Shown here: piece by piece, positions 44,651 to 59,473 of the stretch
Position numbering within the stretch: the stretch's first letter is position 1
How the letters are laid out: every line of letters starts with the position of its first letter
NCBI GenBank assembly: GCA_002633005.1
Contig: NMRA01000803.1
Coordinates: 41,054-105,053 of the forward strand
DNA: 64,000 nucleotides
Reading direction: 5' to 3'
Origin: Phoronis australis
Lineage: Eukaryota; Animalia; Phoronida
Position numbers and translations under genes: made by a program
Notes under the pieces: generated by a model
The model's input: only the letters and a program-made list of their open reading frames with translations
Told to the model about the DNA's origin: nothing
Databases searched by the model: none

Positions 44651-47287
44651 CACTAATCAATTAATATGTAAATTTCCGAACTGGCCTTACTTCTCACTAA
44701 CTTAACATACTCGACTTTTTACAGGCTTTATTTTCCCGGACAACATTAAAACAACGTTAACACGAAGAGCTTGTTTTCAATAAATTGCTCCTTACCAGTA
44801 ACAAAATGTCAGCAACATGTCTAGTTTGCTAACTATACCAAACATTACCAACTGTACTGCAGGAGAGGATGTCAACCAACACACTTATCAATTTCATACA
44901 GATTTTATACCATGACACACTTCCAAAATACGTTTTGATGTCTCAGATAACTCCTTACAAAAAGCAAGTATCGTCTTCCTTGACATGTCTAATTTTCAAG
45001 AATTAATTTATGGATAGAATTCTATTCAACATTCTAGTCTGGAGCCATGAAATTTTCAGATCTTTTTTAATGTTGTAAGGAGACTACACGTCTCTTCATT
45101 TAATTTTTTTAACCTCACTTAATTTAGATGACCGTTTTGATTACGCGTTTGAGTCTTGTTGAAAAACATTAAGAAGTTCACAAATATGTAGACATCCTCC
45201 CGCGCGCGTGTCAGGGATCTGTTTCACCAAGAGTGACGTCAGACTTAAGACAAGAAATTGGGTCTTACGCTCCACACAACAATTTCAGAAAAATTAAATC
45301 TCATGAATTATTTATAGGCTGGGATGCACTAGAAATTACTTGACTAAACCATTTTTCAGTAATTGTGAAGTGGGGTAGTGAGACCAAACTTGCGTCTTCA
45401 TTCTTAAGTCACAAGTCACTTTCACGTAACAGACCTTTGAAGTTTACCTTAGAAAGTAAAAGTAGTTCAAGCATGTACACGTCAATATTGGCACTTGAAT
45501 ATGGAACACGTAGCTGGATATTTGCGCAGTACAGAACACATGTTGTTATATTCTAAACAGTTCATTTTGCAGTTATGTAGGAAAAATTTGATCAAACTTT
45601 GGGATATCGTATCTCGATGGCTGATTGGATTCGTATAAGGCTTTCAGTTACCATACTTTTTGAAAAGTTCTCCAAGCATCTTTTACATGAGGAGCTATCA
45701 AAATATTATTTGTGATTTTTATGGCAAACTCAAAAGTGGCATAAAACGAAATGATAATTTACAAAACTGTAACAGTGTTTTTGAGACTTAATCCTGTACA
45801 CTTATATCAAACAAAATTTGGACATTTTATTGATACCGTTGTTTTAATACTGATATGTCTTTGTTTTTGCTATGTTTTACTAAAACGACATGTTCATTTT
45901 GTCCTATTAATATCAGATTAGTATAAAGTCAAAACGTTACAGTCTACAGGCTTTATTTATACGTTCAGAAAATGTGTAACTTTATCGAGTTCAGTTCTAT
46001 AGTTTGTAGGTATTTGCACCGACAAGTCGACAAGGTCCTAGGCCTATATTACATTAACTTTTAATTTGTTTGCAAGATAATCTCAACGCTTGTGCGCATT
46101 GCCTGTGACTTGAATGGTTGGAAGCCGTCTGTCTCGAGAGACGATGGATATTGAGCCCTCTTTCAGTCGTTGGTTGGATTGCAACGTCGCCTGTGGCTAA
46201 GAAGTCCCATTATTGAGCAGCAGGTTATGTTGCAGACACTAAAATATAATCCTATCATGGTAAGGGATATTATGAGACCTAATTCGTTTTGAACCAGCTA
46301 AACAGGGATAAATGAAGTTTTAAAATGCCGACCAAATCCATAGGTAGTTATCCAAGGTCTTTTCAGGAGACAGAGTGGGAAAGGAGGGGNAAGTTGGTAT
46401 TTGCATATTGCGTTCACAGTCAGCAGTTCTTTCGCAAGCCTGATCATATCTCACAGCTCTGCACAGCAAAATGAAGTCTTATCATTCCCAATGCAGACCA
46501 AGTTTGGTTATTTCACTTCCCTGTTACTTCATAAAGTAGAGTCCAATGATTCCGCAGTGCAAGCGTCTTCAGACGGGTTGTTCCCATTTAATATGCATTA
46601 GATGTTCTCGAAAAAGGTATTTGAAGCGACATAAGTCCGTAGCCACCTGTCAAGAAGTGTTCCTCTCTTCATGCTTAGTAATTGATCTAAATTAACATAA
46701 ACTCCGAGTATTCTCCCCCATAGAGCATGTATTCGCAACATAAGTTGTTTCTCTGTCACCAGAGGGTGCTATAACCTTGCCTTCCATCACAACGACAACT
46801 TTTGGTTTAATCCACTTACTGTTATGAAATTGGCCCAGAATTGTTCCTTAGTAAAACTGTTGATGATCACAGAGCTTCGAATGAACAATCCGGTACACTT
46901 TCATTTCATGGCGTGACCTGAAATTCCGTAAGCTTGGTCTGAAGAAAAAGCGAACCCCAGTTGTTCAGAGGTCACGTCTAAACTGACGCCGTCTGAAACG
47001 AGATAAAACCAATCTTATAACGAGTGTTAAAGTTAGTGTTTTTGACAGAAAGCAGGCGTTTAGAGGTAATGTCCCACTCAGCTCTCGGCTTCAGTAATCA
47101 ATTGAAATCATTGGACAGCTATCGAATAAATAAATAAATATATCTCAAAAATAACAGAAATAAGAGACATCTGGTGTGTTAAAATACACATATAAAAATA
47201 CACTGAAGCTTAGTATGAGCAAAATCCTGACTAAATGGCCCGTTTTCAAGTTGTTCACCAGGCTGTGATGCTGATAGAGACAGGATG

Positions 47288-47447
47288 CAGTGGCGGACTA
47301 AGAGGGGGGGTCAAGGGGCGGCCATGGCCTCCCCTAAAATTCTCCCAGATTCCATTTGGCATTCCGGGGTGCGAATGTCTGACGGGCAAAATCCTGGCTA
47401 ATACTCTGCCCTGGCCCCCCTAACTCAAAATCCTGGATCCGCCCCTG
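47288..47447. mobile_element. Short MITE of the GGCGGATCC-TIR family, 5-bp TSD
   Basis: cagtggcgga...tggatccgcccctg flanked by ggatg/ggatg. Confidence 0.7.
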
Positions 47448-48849
47448 GGATGCGAGACACTATGTTCATCATAAAACTTTCATAGGGCTACTCTTTCTTA
47501 TAGGTGGCGCTGTGACTGAAGGTTGTGCACAATGAGAGAGATTATGTATTCCCAGGCAGATCCAAACCATGCGCGGTGCCTTGATACATATACATATACG
47601 AGTACGTTTGGCGCAACCTGCTCAGGTTTTTCTTGAGTCACAAAATCGTGAACAAGCTTTGCTGATCATAAAACACGGTCGATTACGGGTGTTATCAATG
47701 AAATACCGTCACTAATCAGGTATTCAGTGAAGCTGTACTTTACTAAAACGTGAAATTCAGTGCAAGAGTTGCAAAACCTTGTTTCTTTTTCATTCCCCCA
47801 ACCAACGGAGACGGGGGTTGTACGATCCCCTCCGGAGCCCCGCTCCCACTCCGCAACTGTTGAAAAGGGTTTAGCCAAGTAATTATGAGAGCACTGCAGT
47901 CTAGAAATGATTGATAGAATTACCTGATTTACCTCTGAGAGTGGGTTCACAGATGTTCTCACAGATCCTCTGCCCATACGTACACCCACTGAGGATAAAC
48001 TGAATGGTATTGGAGGATGGTGTTTCCCGTAGTGAGCGGATTAAAATAATTTATAGAAATTACCGAAGTCACTTACAGTTATTTGTGTATTCTCAAAGAC
48101 GTTGCACTTTTAATCAAGTGAGATTTAAGTATTTTTCATAAAATAGCTACGTGGAGCCTAAGACTAAATTTCTGAATGAAATCTTAAGTCCACTTTCATG
48201 AAATAATTCCCAATTCATTTTATTCGCCGAACGTGAGCTTGGGAATAGTTCCCAGCGAGCACTACAATGTCCTTTCAACGTTGCAATAACGTCGCCACGT
48301 CGGTTGAGATTCGGTTGCAAATTTTTTAAAAATGATTCTTATTAGACGTCCATTTCCAACCTTTATTCGACGTCGGGTCCGACAAAATATCGACCTCAAA
48401 ACAACGCCAATGCAACCAACAGTCAACCCCGATCTCAGACTGTGCGACGTCTCGCGGGTCCGACAAAATATCGACTTCGAAGCAACTCGAGTACAATCAA
48501 GAATCAAAACTAGGATCGAATCCATTTGTTAAATCTACTTTAGTGCTGGAGAACGTAACACGAAATGCTCATCTGTTTCAATCTCTCCTTCGGGGAATAC
48601 CATTTGTTCTGCCGTGCTCAGTTTCTAATGTGTGAATTGAACATCTAATGTTTGCTGTGTAAAATAACTGCTGCTGTGTCATCTACCCACACTAATATTT
48701 TTCACAAGACAAATCATACTTAGTTTCTCTATAAAATTACTTATTAACATTTTGTACTGCCGACAACCAACTTTGAAAGTTAACATCTCTATGACTTTGT
48801 TTTAATTCCGACGAAAAATATTGTTCATCACCGGCTCCCTGGTTCATCC

Positions 48850-49850
48850 ATACATGAGCGAAACCAATTGTATACAACAAATTTTTAATACGAGTACACA
48901 ATAATTTTGACTGTAAAATTGCCTAGCTTCACATAACGTGAAAAACAGCGTTTATGGAAGTCTATCATTTTGCACTTTCAAAATATTTTATGGGATAAAC
49001 CACACTCTCCCTTTGGCTTGGTGTTGGTCGTCTCATTTCCAGTAGGCAGTAACGACTTACAGATTTTTGTTCGGAAATTTTCAATTTATTTTCTATGGCC
49101 ACATATAATGCTCCATGTGATAAAAATACTGCTATCATTATGTCATGCAATTTCAAAGGTCTCATTTGACATCGAAAATGTTTCACCAAATTCATTGCTT
49201 TGCTTGCCTTTTGTGCAAGTGTTCTGCAGCACGTTGTCCAACTTAATAATATACTAGAACATCGACTAGACAATACAATCCTTAAATATTTATAGTGAGT
49301 GCAAGTCTTCATCTCAACACCCCTGTAATATCACTAGTTTATTCTTTTCAATTGTCCACTTTCTTGAAAACAACTGTTTGACGTCCGGATATTTACAGAC
49401 ATTATCCACTTTGAACAAAAAATAGCCCATCCACTCGTCTCTGTAGCTCAAAAATAGAGTCGCCAACTAGAGTAACTTCGTCAGCATGTAGTAATAAAAA
49501 CACATTTTCAATGGCGGGGTCAACTTGAATACCACTTTCCTTTCCAGGTTTCATTCCGAGGCAAGTTTATTAATATGCAATGAAAACAATGATGGGCTTA
49601 ACATACAACATTGTGTGACTCCAGTCTTGCACTCAAAAAGTTAATATGTTATTTCTGACCCAATCTTTATTTTAGCATTTACAGTCGAATACATACACTG
49701 TAGATTTCTCAACAGTGGTCCAACCAAACCTTTTGATACTAGTATATAGAATATGTTTGTACTGTTTATCAAGTTCTATGCAGTTGATGTTTTCTGTGGT
49801 AAACTACATGAATCAGGTATATAGAGATTCCTACACGAGTCTCAGGTTTA
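48850..49850 (-). mobile_element. Highly degenerate non-LTR retrotransposon (LINE, CR1/L2-like) RT relic
   Basis: Minus-strand remnants in the correct order: TGVTQCCMLSPSLFSLHINKL (~49625-49560; cf. GVPQGxxLSPxLF), FLLLHADEVTL (~49500-49470; cf. YADD) and YKYLRIV...LAQKASKAM (~49295-49195). Confidence 0.65.
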
Positions 49851-52800
49851 TGATATAGGCAAAACCTTGCCGAGGGCCTTTAACAAAATTTCCAAGAGAC
49901 GAGTGTAGGATTTGTTTTCTCACATGAACCGTAAAAAGGATCTCCGTTTGTATGAACGTGGATATGGAAATCGCTGCCGAAGATGGGTCCGTTTAAGAAG
50001 TTGTTTGCATGTCCTTCCGACTGGGAGTACGTACGCAACACTCGATTTGTCAATCGTAATCTTGTCACCTTCACTGAATTCCGGTTGTTGCGCGTTTAGT
50101 GTTTTGCAGACGATAAAATGTAAGGCGTATGGATTTCTACTTTGCACTACTTTGGGATTTGCCTATGTAATATCAAAAAACTTACGTACTCGGTGATATT
50201 AACCAGTCGTGTCGTAAGACATTCCAGTTGATGTGAGAACAGTCAAAGATTCAGAAATATTACTCCTTCAAATAAACTCTTTAGGAAGAAACTGTTGCAA
50301 TACTTTCAAATCGAAAAGTGTATTTGTGTCAAAAGTCTTTAACATGATAAGGTCAGTAGAAAATTGTCATCTTTGTATCTTCAGTTTCTTTTATGATTAG
50401 CTAATGTCGCATTCAGTATCTGGTCTAGAAATGTACTTTTGCTTGGGTGAGAGTGTGTTGTGTGCGTGCATGCGTGCGTGCGTACGTGAACGTGAGCGTG
50501 CGTACGTGCATCTGTGTGAATATGTCATACTCTTCTTTATTTGCATACGATATTGGTGGCAATAAACAATTATGGTCAAACAAAATTCGAATGGCTTGTT
50601 AATTTGGCTAGTCTTTTTGGGTTTACTTGCGTGTTACATTCTAAGATTTTAGTTTTATGTTTTTTTAAACATATTCTCCTTTGTTCCTAGTCGTCATCGG
50701 AAATAACTTTACATGAAATTGGTTTTGGTTTAAAACTGGTTTTACATATTTTTCAATTAAATGAAGGAAAAGGGATGCAATATCAAGAACGTATTGAAGA
50801 ACGCTCATGCGAACGCATTGTTGCTGGCATTTTCCCGCGCAATGGAAGGAAGGTTTGACCCCGGAGTGTTTGATTCAGCTTTTTTGTGTTAGTTTTCAGC
50901 GAACGTTTTCTTCCCTATCTACACAGGTGGGCAATCTGGTGAACGATGTCAATCAAATTTACATGGAAAAGCAAATGTTCTTTCATCTCAACTGAATGGT
51001 ACCTTGGGTATTCACGGGTGATTGGCAGTTATGAATGAAACCGTTAAACAGTACCACATGGGTAGGATGAAACTCAATATGTCATGATTTGTGCATTGTA
51101 AACAAAGCAAAATTTATGAAAAGATAGGTAATCTATCACCTCCAAATGTGTTGTTCCTTACAGTTGCGGGTGTAGAATATTGGGGCTCATTTTGAAACGG
51201 TCGTTCCCTTTACCAGTCTGTAATCATAAATAATCTCACATTCTTGAGGGAAACACCATATATTTTCTGAAAATGTGAAATTGCTAAAACTGAACAGTTG
51301 AAAGTCCCACTTTCTTCAGGGTACTACTGGAATATTTAACAATCAGTAATCACGAACATTCCTGTGTATTCAATACAATGAAATTGTGAAAAAGAATCTA
51401 TGGAAAGGGTTGAAGAAACCGATAAAAAGGAAAATATTTGGACTAGAATTTCCGGCCTGTTGATCGCACGTGTTACTGCTACACCTATCTACACAATGCA
51501 TATTATGTCGTCAATCATTTTCATCATTCAATCTGCATTCTACAAATTGGTGAAAAGAAACCCAGTACTATTCTTTGGTCGCATATTTTCGTCGCAAATA
51601 GCGATGAACATAAAATAGCGGAAGAAAGAACAATCAGTGTTAGCAGAAAGTCCACAAATGCGCTGAAAACTTAGGGACCATATCTGAGCACGGGTCTCCA
51701 AAACTTGCCGAATGTGTAATTAAATAACGTACACGACATTGGACCAGAGGACTGGTCATGAGGTTTTTGGATTACGACTGTCACCGTGTTGGTTGAGTTT
51801 GAATCCAGCGTAAAACTCATTCTTTTGTAAAATTTCGTCGTTTAATCGTACTGCGAGTTTGACGCGATACATGCGATGTCAAATCTGATTCAGTATGAAC
51901 GAAAACAGGTAGCCAAATTTGGATTCTTGGTGTGTTTGCTTCTTTCTGTGATACATCACAATAAATAAATTACAATTCTAAAAATAGTGGCATCGCTTTT
52001 ACATTTTTCTCGCTTTTTATACAACTGAATGAAATTTAAACATAGTTATTGAAGTTTTGCTAAGAAATTTTAAAAAAGAATTCCAAACAAACCATCTACA
52101 AATCTGGCGGAGTTTCAGACCAACGTTGATCGGATAAATGTTTTCATACTGTTTTACAACGGACTGGCATCTCCACATTTGCCTGTTGCAGGGTTAAAAT
52201 TTTAATCTAAATTATCATGACATAATTACATTTTATTAATTAAAAGACAAAGCATTTGTATGACGCACCTTGAAAAGGGAAACTAAAAGTCTAAGAATAT
52301 TTATAGCTGAACTCCTGACCTCTCATAAGTACCAGAAAAATCTTGTTATCTTCTTTTCACCATAATATCAACGAATTGCCTTGAAAATTACTTTTAAATA
52401 TTTTAACGCTCACTAAAAAGTTGGTGACAGTATTTTCATAACTAACGATTTTTGGTTAAATACAAGACTTCGGTTATTTTGAATAATAGTCGGATATAAC
52501 GTAATTTTGGGCAAACTTTTGATGTTCACTTTCCAATAAAATTGACACTAAATGTATTGCAAATATTTATTCTCATATAGTTTCACCATTGGTAATATGT
52601 TTGCAAAATAGTTTAATTTGTGAATTTCAAAAACTTTTACCAAAAGCCCCAAAACCATATTAATGTAGAGTATTTCTCTGAAAATTTTGTCATTTAAATG
52701 AATATAGAATTTATTTTGATAAAAACACCTTTCTAATGGAGCTATTTAATGAATATATAATCTCACTGTATTCGCGAATTAAGTTCCAGCAGATTCGTCA

Positions 52801-53382
52801 ACCGTCAGTAATACATTTTCAGCAATAAAGACACGAAATTTATTGATAGGTTATGAGATTATACTCTCAATACAATCTGAGTGCCAAGTGATACTATGAG
52901 AGCAAATTTCTTCGAAATCTAACCATCACGTCGTGGCAATAAACAACACCAAACGGTTACCAACAGAGTAAATAAAATGTAAATGTAACAAAGGAGATAC
53001 GTTTCGTATTGAACCACAGCATTTCATTACCAAAACATACAAGCGGGCCGACACACGCCATCCAAACATAGAGAAATTTGAGACTCAGAGCACTACAAAC
53101 ACACTATTTATTATGAAGTGCAGCAAGCTAACACTATGAAACAAATACCATAGCCAACATTGAAGTTGAAATGATTATGGCTTTTCCTGTTTTACAATAC
53201 GTTTCTCTGAACTAAAGCTTTTGAAATAACCACCTTTGTGTGCATCATGATGCCGTATAGATTAAAACAAAATTTTTGTTTTCTGACAAGAACGATTCGT
53301 AACAAGCGACGATGATCAACTCATCTCGCGTTATTTATTCAAGCGTTCTTATAATTACACAAAACCTACCGAGAGTGGCGTA

Positions 53383-53747
53383 TATGAAGTAATATCCCAT
53401 GGGACATTATTACGCGTATCGACCGAGACCGAAGGAATAATGTCGAGTGGGATATTACTTCATGTACGCTAATCGAGGTATGTTTTGTATTTATCCCATA
53501 CGCTTCGAATTCCTAAATTTCTTTCATTTTTTCCGCAGATTTTTTAAATACTTCACTCAGACTGTTCACTTGGCGGATCACATCCTATATGTATGTACTT
53601 GCGCGTTAGGCTGCAAGTTTTCTCTAGTAAAAGAAATAGTTTTAAATATGACGATTTATTTCTTGAAAAGAGATAACAAAGGTGAATACGGAAAACGTTA
53701 TTACGTTACCGTATTTCCCTCGACAGATTAAAGGCGTATGGGATAAA
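53383..53747. mobile_element. Non-autonomous element with a long hairpin and tatcccatacgc/gcgtatgggata inverted repeats
   Basis: atgaagtaatatccca...tgggatattacttcat forms a 16-bp perfect stem (53384-53463). tttatcccatacgc at ~53490 is inverted to gcgtatgggataaa at ~53734. Confidence 0.5.
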
Positions 53748-56700
53748 ACTCTTTCCTTCTTATAAGTTCAGACTACTGCATATGCAAAACACAACAGTAA
53801 AACGTATACATGACATATGTAAATAGAGATCATCATTTGAGCTACATTTCGACCTCTTTAGCTGGCTAAAAACGAATAAATTGAAATTTCACTTCTACTC
53901 TCAAAAATCGGCTTTCTATCAACAAGAGCATTGAAACTATCAACATCTCGAGAAAACGCCTCAGGTTTTATTGAGGTTGGCGATTCCTAAAGTAGCGATT
54001 TTGCATTGCCTGTAACTTGGATAGCAGCCATAGACATCTTAATACTATAGTGTGATGTCTATAGTAACAGCTCTGATACGCCATAAAATGCAACAATTTT
54101 GTGAAATGCAGGAACTGCTTAAACAAGAGAAACAGCGAACTCTGTTGGTGATCCGTCACAACATATCAAAATAACACATACTTACATTTCTAATTACGTC
54201 ATTTTGCTGGAAATTAAAAGGCTTTCCTAAGAACCAAAAACCAAGTCTCTTATTTCAGGGATCATCTTAGAAAAACATGGGTATGGGCAAATTGCCCCTA
54301 CGGCCTCAAGTGTATGGGCCGATTTGGAGGACTCATAGGCAATGTCTTTTGCTTTCCATTTTAATGGGCCCAGTGCGTCAGTGAAATAATATTAGCGCCA
54401 AGGTGGCGGCACGGGCTCTTAGAGTTATTCTTGTAATTTTACAGAAATGTTAATCATAATCAGAGCCTTGCTCATATACATGCAGTGTACTTAGTGGTCG
54501 TGATGACGTCGGCAACAACTGTCTCGATCGAAGTGAACTTCAATGGATAAGAATTTTAATTTTTGGAAATAGCTTTGTAGACATTGAAATAGGTGACTCG
54601 TTCCTGATTTCAGCTCTCAGTCTCACTGCCATCGTGCGTTGATCTCCGCATTATACAGTGCACAGCCAACTATTCTATTGGATAATGGTTCAACACAAAA
54701 TGTGAGGTTAGGGATCGACACTAACATCAACCCAACAATACTACACCAGGTGCGTGTTTCATGAAAGCAACTTAGGACTTGAGGCAGAAAATTGTTCTCA
54801 CGCTCCATCTTCATGATTACTAAAAAGGGTTTAGCCAAGAAATTACGAGTGCATCTCAGTCTAGAAATAATTCTTAGAAATTATCTCAGTAACTAGCAGT
54901 TATGTGAATATTCAAGAATTTGCATTTTTGCTCAAGTGAAATTTAGTTATTTTTCAGAAAAAAATGTGTGGAGTCTTAGGTCATTTTCATGAAATGGACC
55001 TCAGGGATGTGTCAGGTTCAATGTTATACACAATAATTTACAAACAACAGCAACGAACAACAGCAACGGAACAACAACATAATATCGGATATCGCAAATA
55101 AAGCAATGTCACAGCGAGCCAATGGCGTCTCACACACTACGTGATATAAGCGATTCCTCAGGGCCTGCGGGGATCAGAAGGCTCCTAACAATATAAGAAG
55201 TGAACTCAGTGTGCAGTAAAACGGGTCCCCTTAGTTAGGGGACCAGTCATGCGCAGAATGGAGCATAAATAGTGCTAGAATATAAAATGAATTGTAGAAC
55301 AGTTACGTTCAGCACAACAAGGGTGGTGCACAGTGGAGCACGGTGGTGCTGGAATCTCCCATTTTGAATGAGTGACAGAAAGCAAATAGAAAGGTAATAG
55401 TTTTGGTCTGGTACTGCTCAAAAAGTGGAATTTTTCGATGATTACAATTATTTTGATCATGTATGAGACAGTGAGAAGCAGAAATGTGGAACAGGGGCTA
55501 AATTGAATAAATAAAACTCCAGAACATGGGTGATTGTTAGCCGTATAGATAATGTTTGTGGTCCTTTATATCTCCTCGGTATATCGACACCTACTTAGGT
55601 ATTGAAAATGAATCATTTTTGTAACCCAAGTACACTGAACGGAGTTTTAAAGAAAAGCTTTTAATAACTTACGGTCGTCTTGGAAAGGAAGATACTGTCG
55701 GGAAACTACGAGCACAAATAAATATTATAATCATCGTACAATTCTTGTCAACGTCGACGCATTAAGTAAACATCGCTTTGAACAATTAAAGAGAAAACAC
55801 TGTGGAAAACTAATGCCATTCATATGCAAATTTCAATATGACATCGAGGCTACGAGAAAGCTGATCGTTGCTTTCACAGAGCTCGGTTGGAATATTCTCG
55901 AACTCGTTAGGAGTCACGAAATCATAGCAAGACATCGTGAAAATTGATTCAAATTTCTAAAGCAAAGTATGGCATCTGGACAACGAGATGTTAATTATCA
56001 GGGAAGAGGTACAGTTCTGGAATTTCAATTAGTTTTTTTAGGATTTACCAATAGTGAAATTTTTCATTGACTTTCGTTATCACGATAAACTGAGAAATAC
56101 TAACTTATTCGTGGTTAATTTATTAATCTTGCTAATGTTTTTGTAAGCACGCTATAGGGACCTATGTTTTTTAAGCACGCTATAGGGACCTATATGTTGT
56201 GTTTTTGCGTCATGAAATTGGAAAAGACAACTGATTAATAACCTTAACGTTGATTTCTCCGTATATCCTAAAGTAAATTGTCCGCCATTTTGTTTCCAAA
56301 AATGAAAGGTCATGTTAAGTGGAAATCAGGTTTGTTTAATTGCCTGAAAATATCTTACACAATACTCTGACTTGACGATTTTCTCGCACCTACGAACAAT
56401 ATTTCCCCTGAACGATGAATGCAGTAAATCCTTTCAGTATGATTTCTCTGTGTCAGCAATATAGACGCCAGAGTTCAGTCTCTCATCAATTTTACAACCC
56501 CCCCCCCCCTTACCTTCCAACGCTTTGAGTAGTTTTACATCCCTCTGGGTTAGTATTTTAGCCGTTATAATTTTTGTTTCATTCATATGTCGAGCACAAA
56601 AACACTTCTTAATCGTGTCTCTAAGGGGCTTGTGTGGTTCGAAGTTCAAAATGGCCAAAAGCGTAAGTCATGCTTGGCGATTTAGCCGAGGTTGAAGTTT

Positions 56701-59124
56701 GTTCCAAACGTTTGAGGGTTGACCATTATTGTGTTTCAAAGATTTAAGTAATCTGGACGTGGGCTTGATATCAGTCTTTTGAAATATGTGTCTTTATGTT
56801 TTGATAAATCATGCTAAGTACATTTGTGATGATACGAGAGTAGCATTAATTAAGTTTATTCTATTAATGTAATATTTACAATGAGGGTAGCCCCATCAGT
56901 TCGCACTGCTTTCCATGGGGACCCTCAGTAAAAAACAAACAGATAGTAAGACAAAAGCAGAATTACAAAATGAAAGACAAATTTAGGTAATAAGCAAAGA
57001 ATAAGAAATTAACATGGAAAGACTGATGAAGCAAAATAAAAAATGAAATATGATAAATAAAAGATAAAGAAATTAAGACAAGATAATTAACTAAAAAGAT
57101 TAAAAAATGTAAATAAAATATAAAAAATTAAAACAGACAATAAATAATTAATAAAAGTAAGCATGGCACTTTTAAAAACTAATGTACAATATTGGCAGTG
57201 ATTGTATTTATGATTTATCACGCAGGAAGTACCTGAACGAATTGTGACCTTAAAATCTCGTGAGTTTGTTTTGGTGTTTCTGAACATCTGAAGCACGAGA
57301 AAGGGGTATTCCAGACTCAAATCATTTGCGACTTTTGTGAGCTTTTGTGGGCTTTTCTTAAATGAATATAAAACTTGGAGAATGACCCGATATAAGGAGT
57401 AATTCAAAATAGCAGGGCGAGTGAAATGGGGTGCTGCACGGGGGCGGAAAATAATTCGTGGTAAAACGGCAAGTTTGAATTTAATAAAGAATAAAAAGGA
57501 CAACTTCGAATTTAATAAAGATCACATTTCTCATCATAGTTTATTTACATTAATTAAACTTATTTGACATTGGATCCCAACAACATCAAATAGCCACCAG
57601 CTAGTGAAATGCTATGGGTCAATTGTGACCTTGAAATTGGCTCGCTATTGAGGTCAAATTGCGCATTCTTATGTGACCTTGAGTTAGCTACAATAGTTGA
57701 AGAACTAACTGAGTGTCCCCCCCCCTCCTATTTTTCCTTATTTCAAACCAAACACACGGAGCGTTAAAATAAAGAAAATTGTTAACGATATAACTTTTTC
57801 CTACGTAAGGAAATCGGTAAACCGAGCAGTAATAAAACTTTAAGAACTCACAACGTGCAACGAAGTCAACCAGTTTTCAAATGAATTTTAATTAATAATT
57901 TAATTAGAAGTTACTTTTTAGTAACCAATGTAAATTTCACATTTCAACCAGAGTTGCCTCCGTTTAAGTGACTCTAACGGAAAACTGATTCGATGATCCC
58001 ACTTTGTTTTGCAAATTTGTAGTAGTTAAAGACAAAATACGCAATATCGAAGGTGGAATAATATACAATGAAAATTCAAAACTTTGTCGAACCCCTCCTA
58101 ACGCATAGCTCATTGGCGTGGCTCGTGGAGGTGACTTTTCTGTGTGAATAATGATAAATGGTCAACTTTAATCAATTGCAACGTTTCGTGATGTCGCGTT
58201 CATAATAACGTATCCGCGACCATCTTAGTTACGACCGGACGCATCAACATTGATAACTGGTCTGTAGCTTAGGAGATACTGAATTAAATGTCTGTTGGGC
58301 AGGCCGGTAGACTCAGTAATTGACTGTTGTAAAATAATGAACGTATCGGCAATTAAGACGTGTGTCCGTCACGATTGATTTTTGTAGCAAATCTGGGGTT
58401 GACTTACTGTGAAATCTCACGTATTTGAGATACACTATGGTAGCCAGTGAAGTTTCATTTTTGTTATAGGATTAAGTAGCAATCAATAATTGCTTGTCTC
58501 TATTATGATTCTTATCTGGATATCATCGAACTAGAATGGATTTTTAACAGATATGGTTTTGTGTAGTTAACTTTTTACGTGCTTAATTTACATGCTTCTA
58601 TTTACTATTTGAAATAAATGTCGCATTCTCAGAGTTGATCATTTTCCGCAGGATTTCGTAGAAACGACTTTTTCACATTCAATGCATATTTCTATCTTAG
58701 CGGATATGTACTACGATAACTGGACACACTGAGCTCAGTTATTCCGTTCACGTTTAATTTCACGTTCGCGTAAAAGTTTAGCTGTTGCGAAACCCATTTT
58801 TGTTACTGTAACGTGAATCAGCACGCGCAATTACGTATTCGTCGTAATTCACGTTCACGTCGCTTTGCAAATTAAACCTTTCTATTACCACAGTCCTTAC
58901 ACTGGAGATGAAATAAGCTTCTTGTCCTATATTTGCATACCCGTTAACAATATCTTTTACTTTTAATTTAAATCGATTTTGACCTATGAATAAGTTTTGT
59001 TAAGGATGCATGAAGCTACTCAGAACAGCAAGGACTGATACGTTACTTGTTTCCTCCATGTGCCTTCAATCAGTTTCCTCTTCAGTTTCACCTGCCTGAT
59101 GTTAATATGGAACACAACTGATGG

Positions 59125-59430
59125 CCATCACGACCATCATAATCATCATCATCACTGTCACCATCACCACATTCATCACCGTTATCATCATAACCATCAT
59201 CAACACCATCATCATTACAACCATCATCATTACTATTATCATCGCCATCATCATCATTATCATTATAAACACCATCACCATCACTATCATCTTCATTTGC
59301 ACAAAGCTCCCATGGGCCTAATGGAAAGCCAATACGTTAGTATCATCGTTATCATTCAGATAGTTCATAGGATTATCGCTGCCACCGTCACCGTTATCGT
59401 CATCGTTATCGTTCATATAATTTCTATCAT
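59125..59430. repeat. (CAT/CAC/TAT)n compound microsatellite
   Basis: Seen directly; generates the poly-His/Ile/Met ORFs in several frames. Confidence 0.9.
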
Positions 59431-59473
59431 TCACGCTCTTTCCTTTGTTTTCATTTGTAAACTGTTTTTGCAG

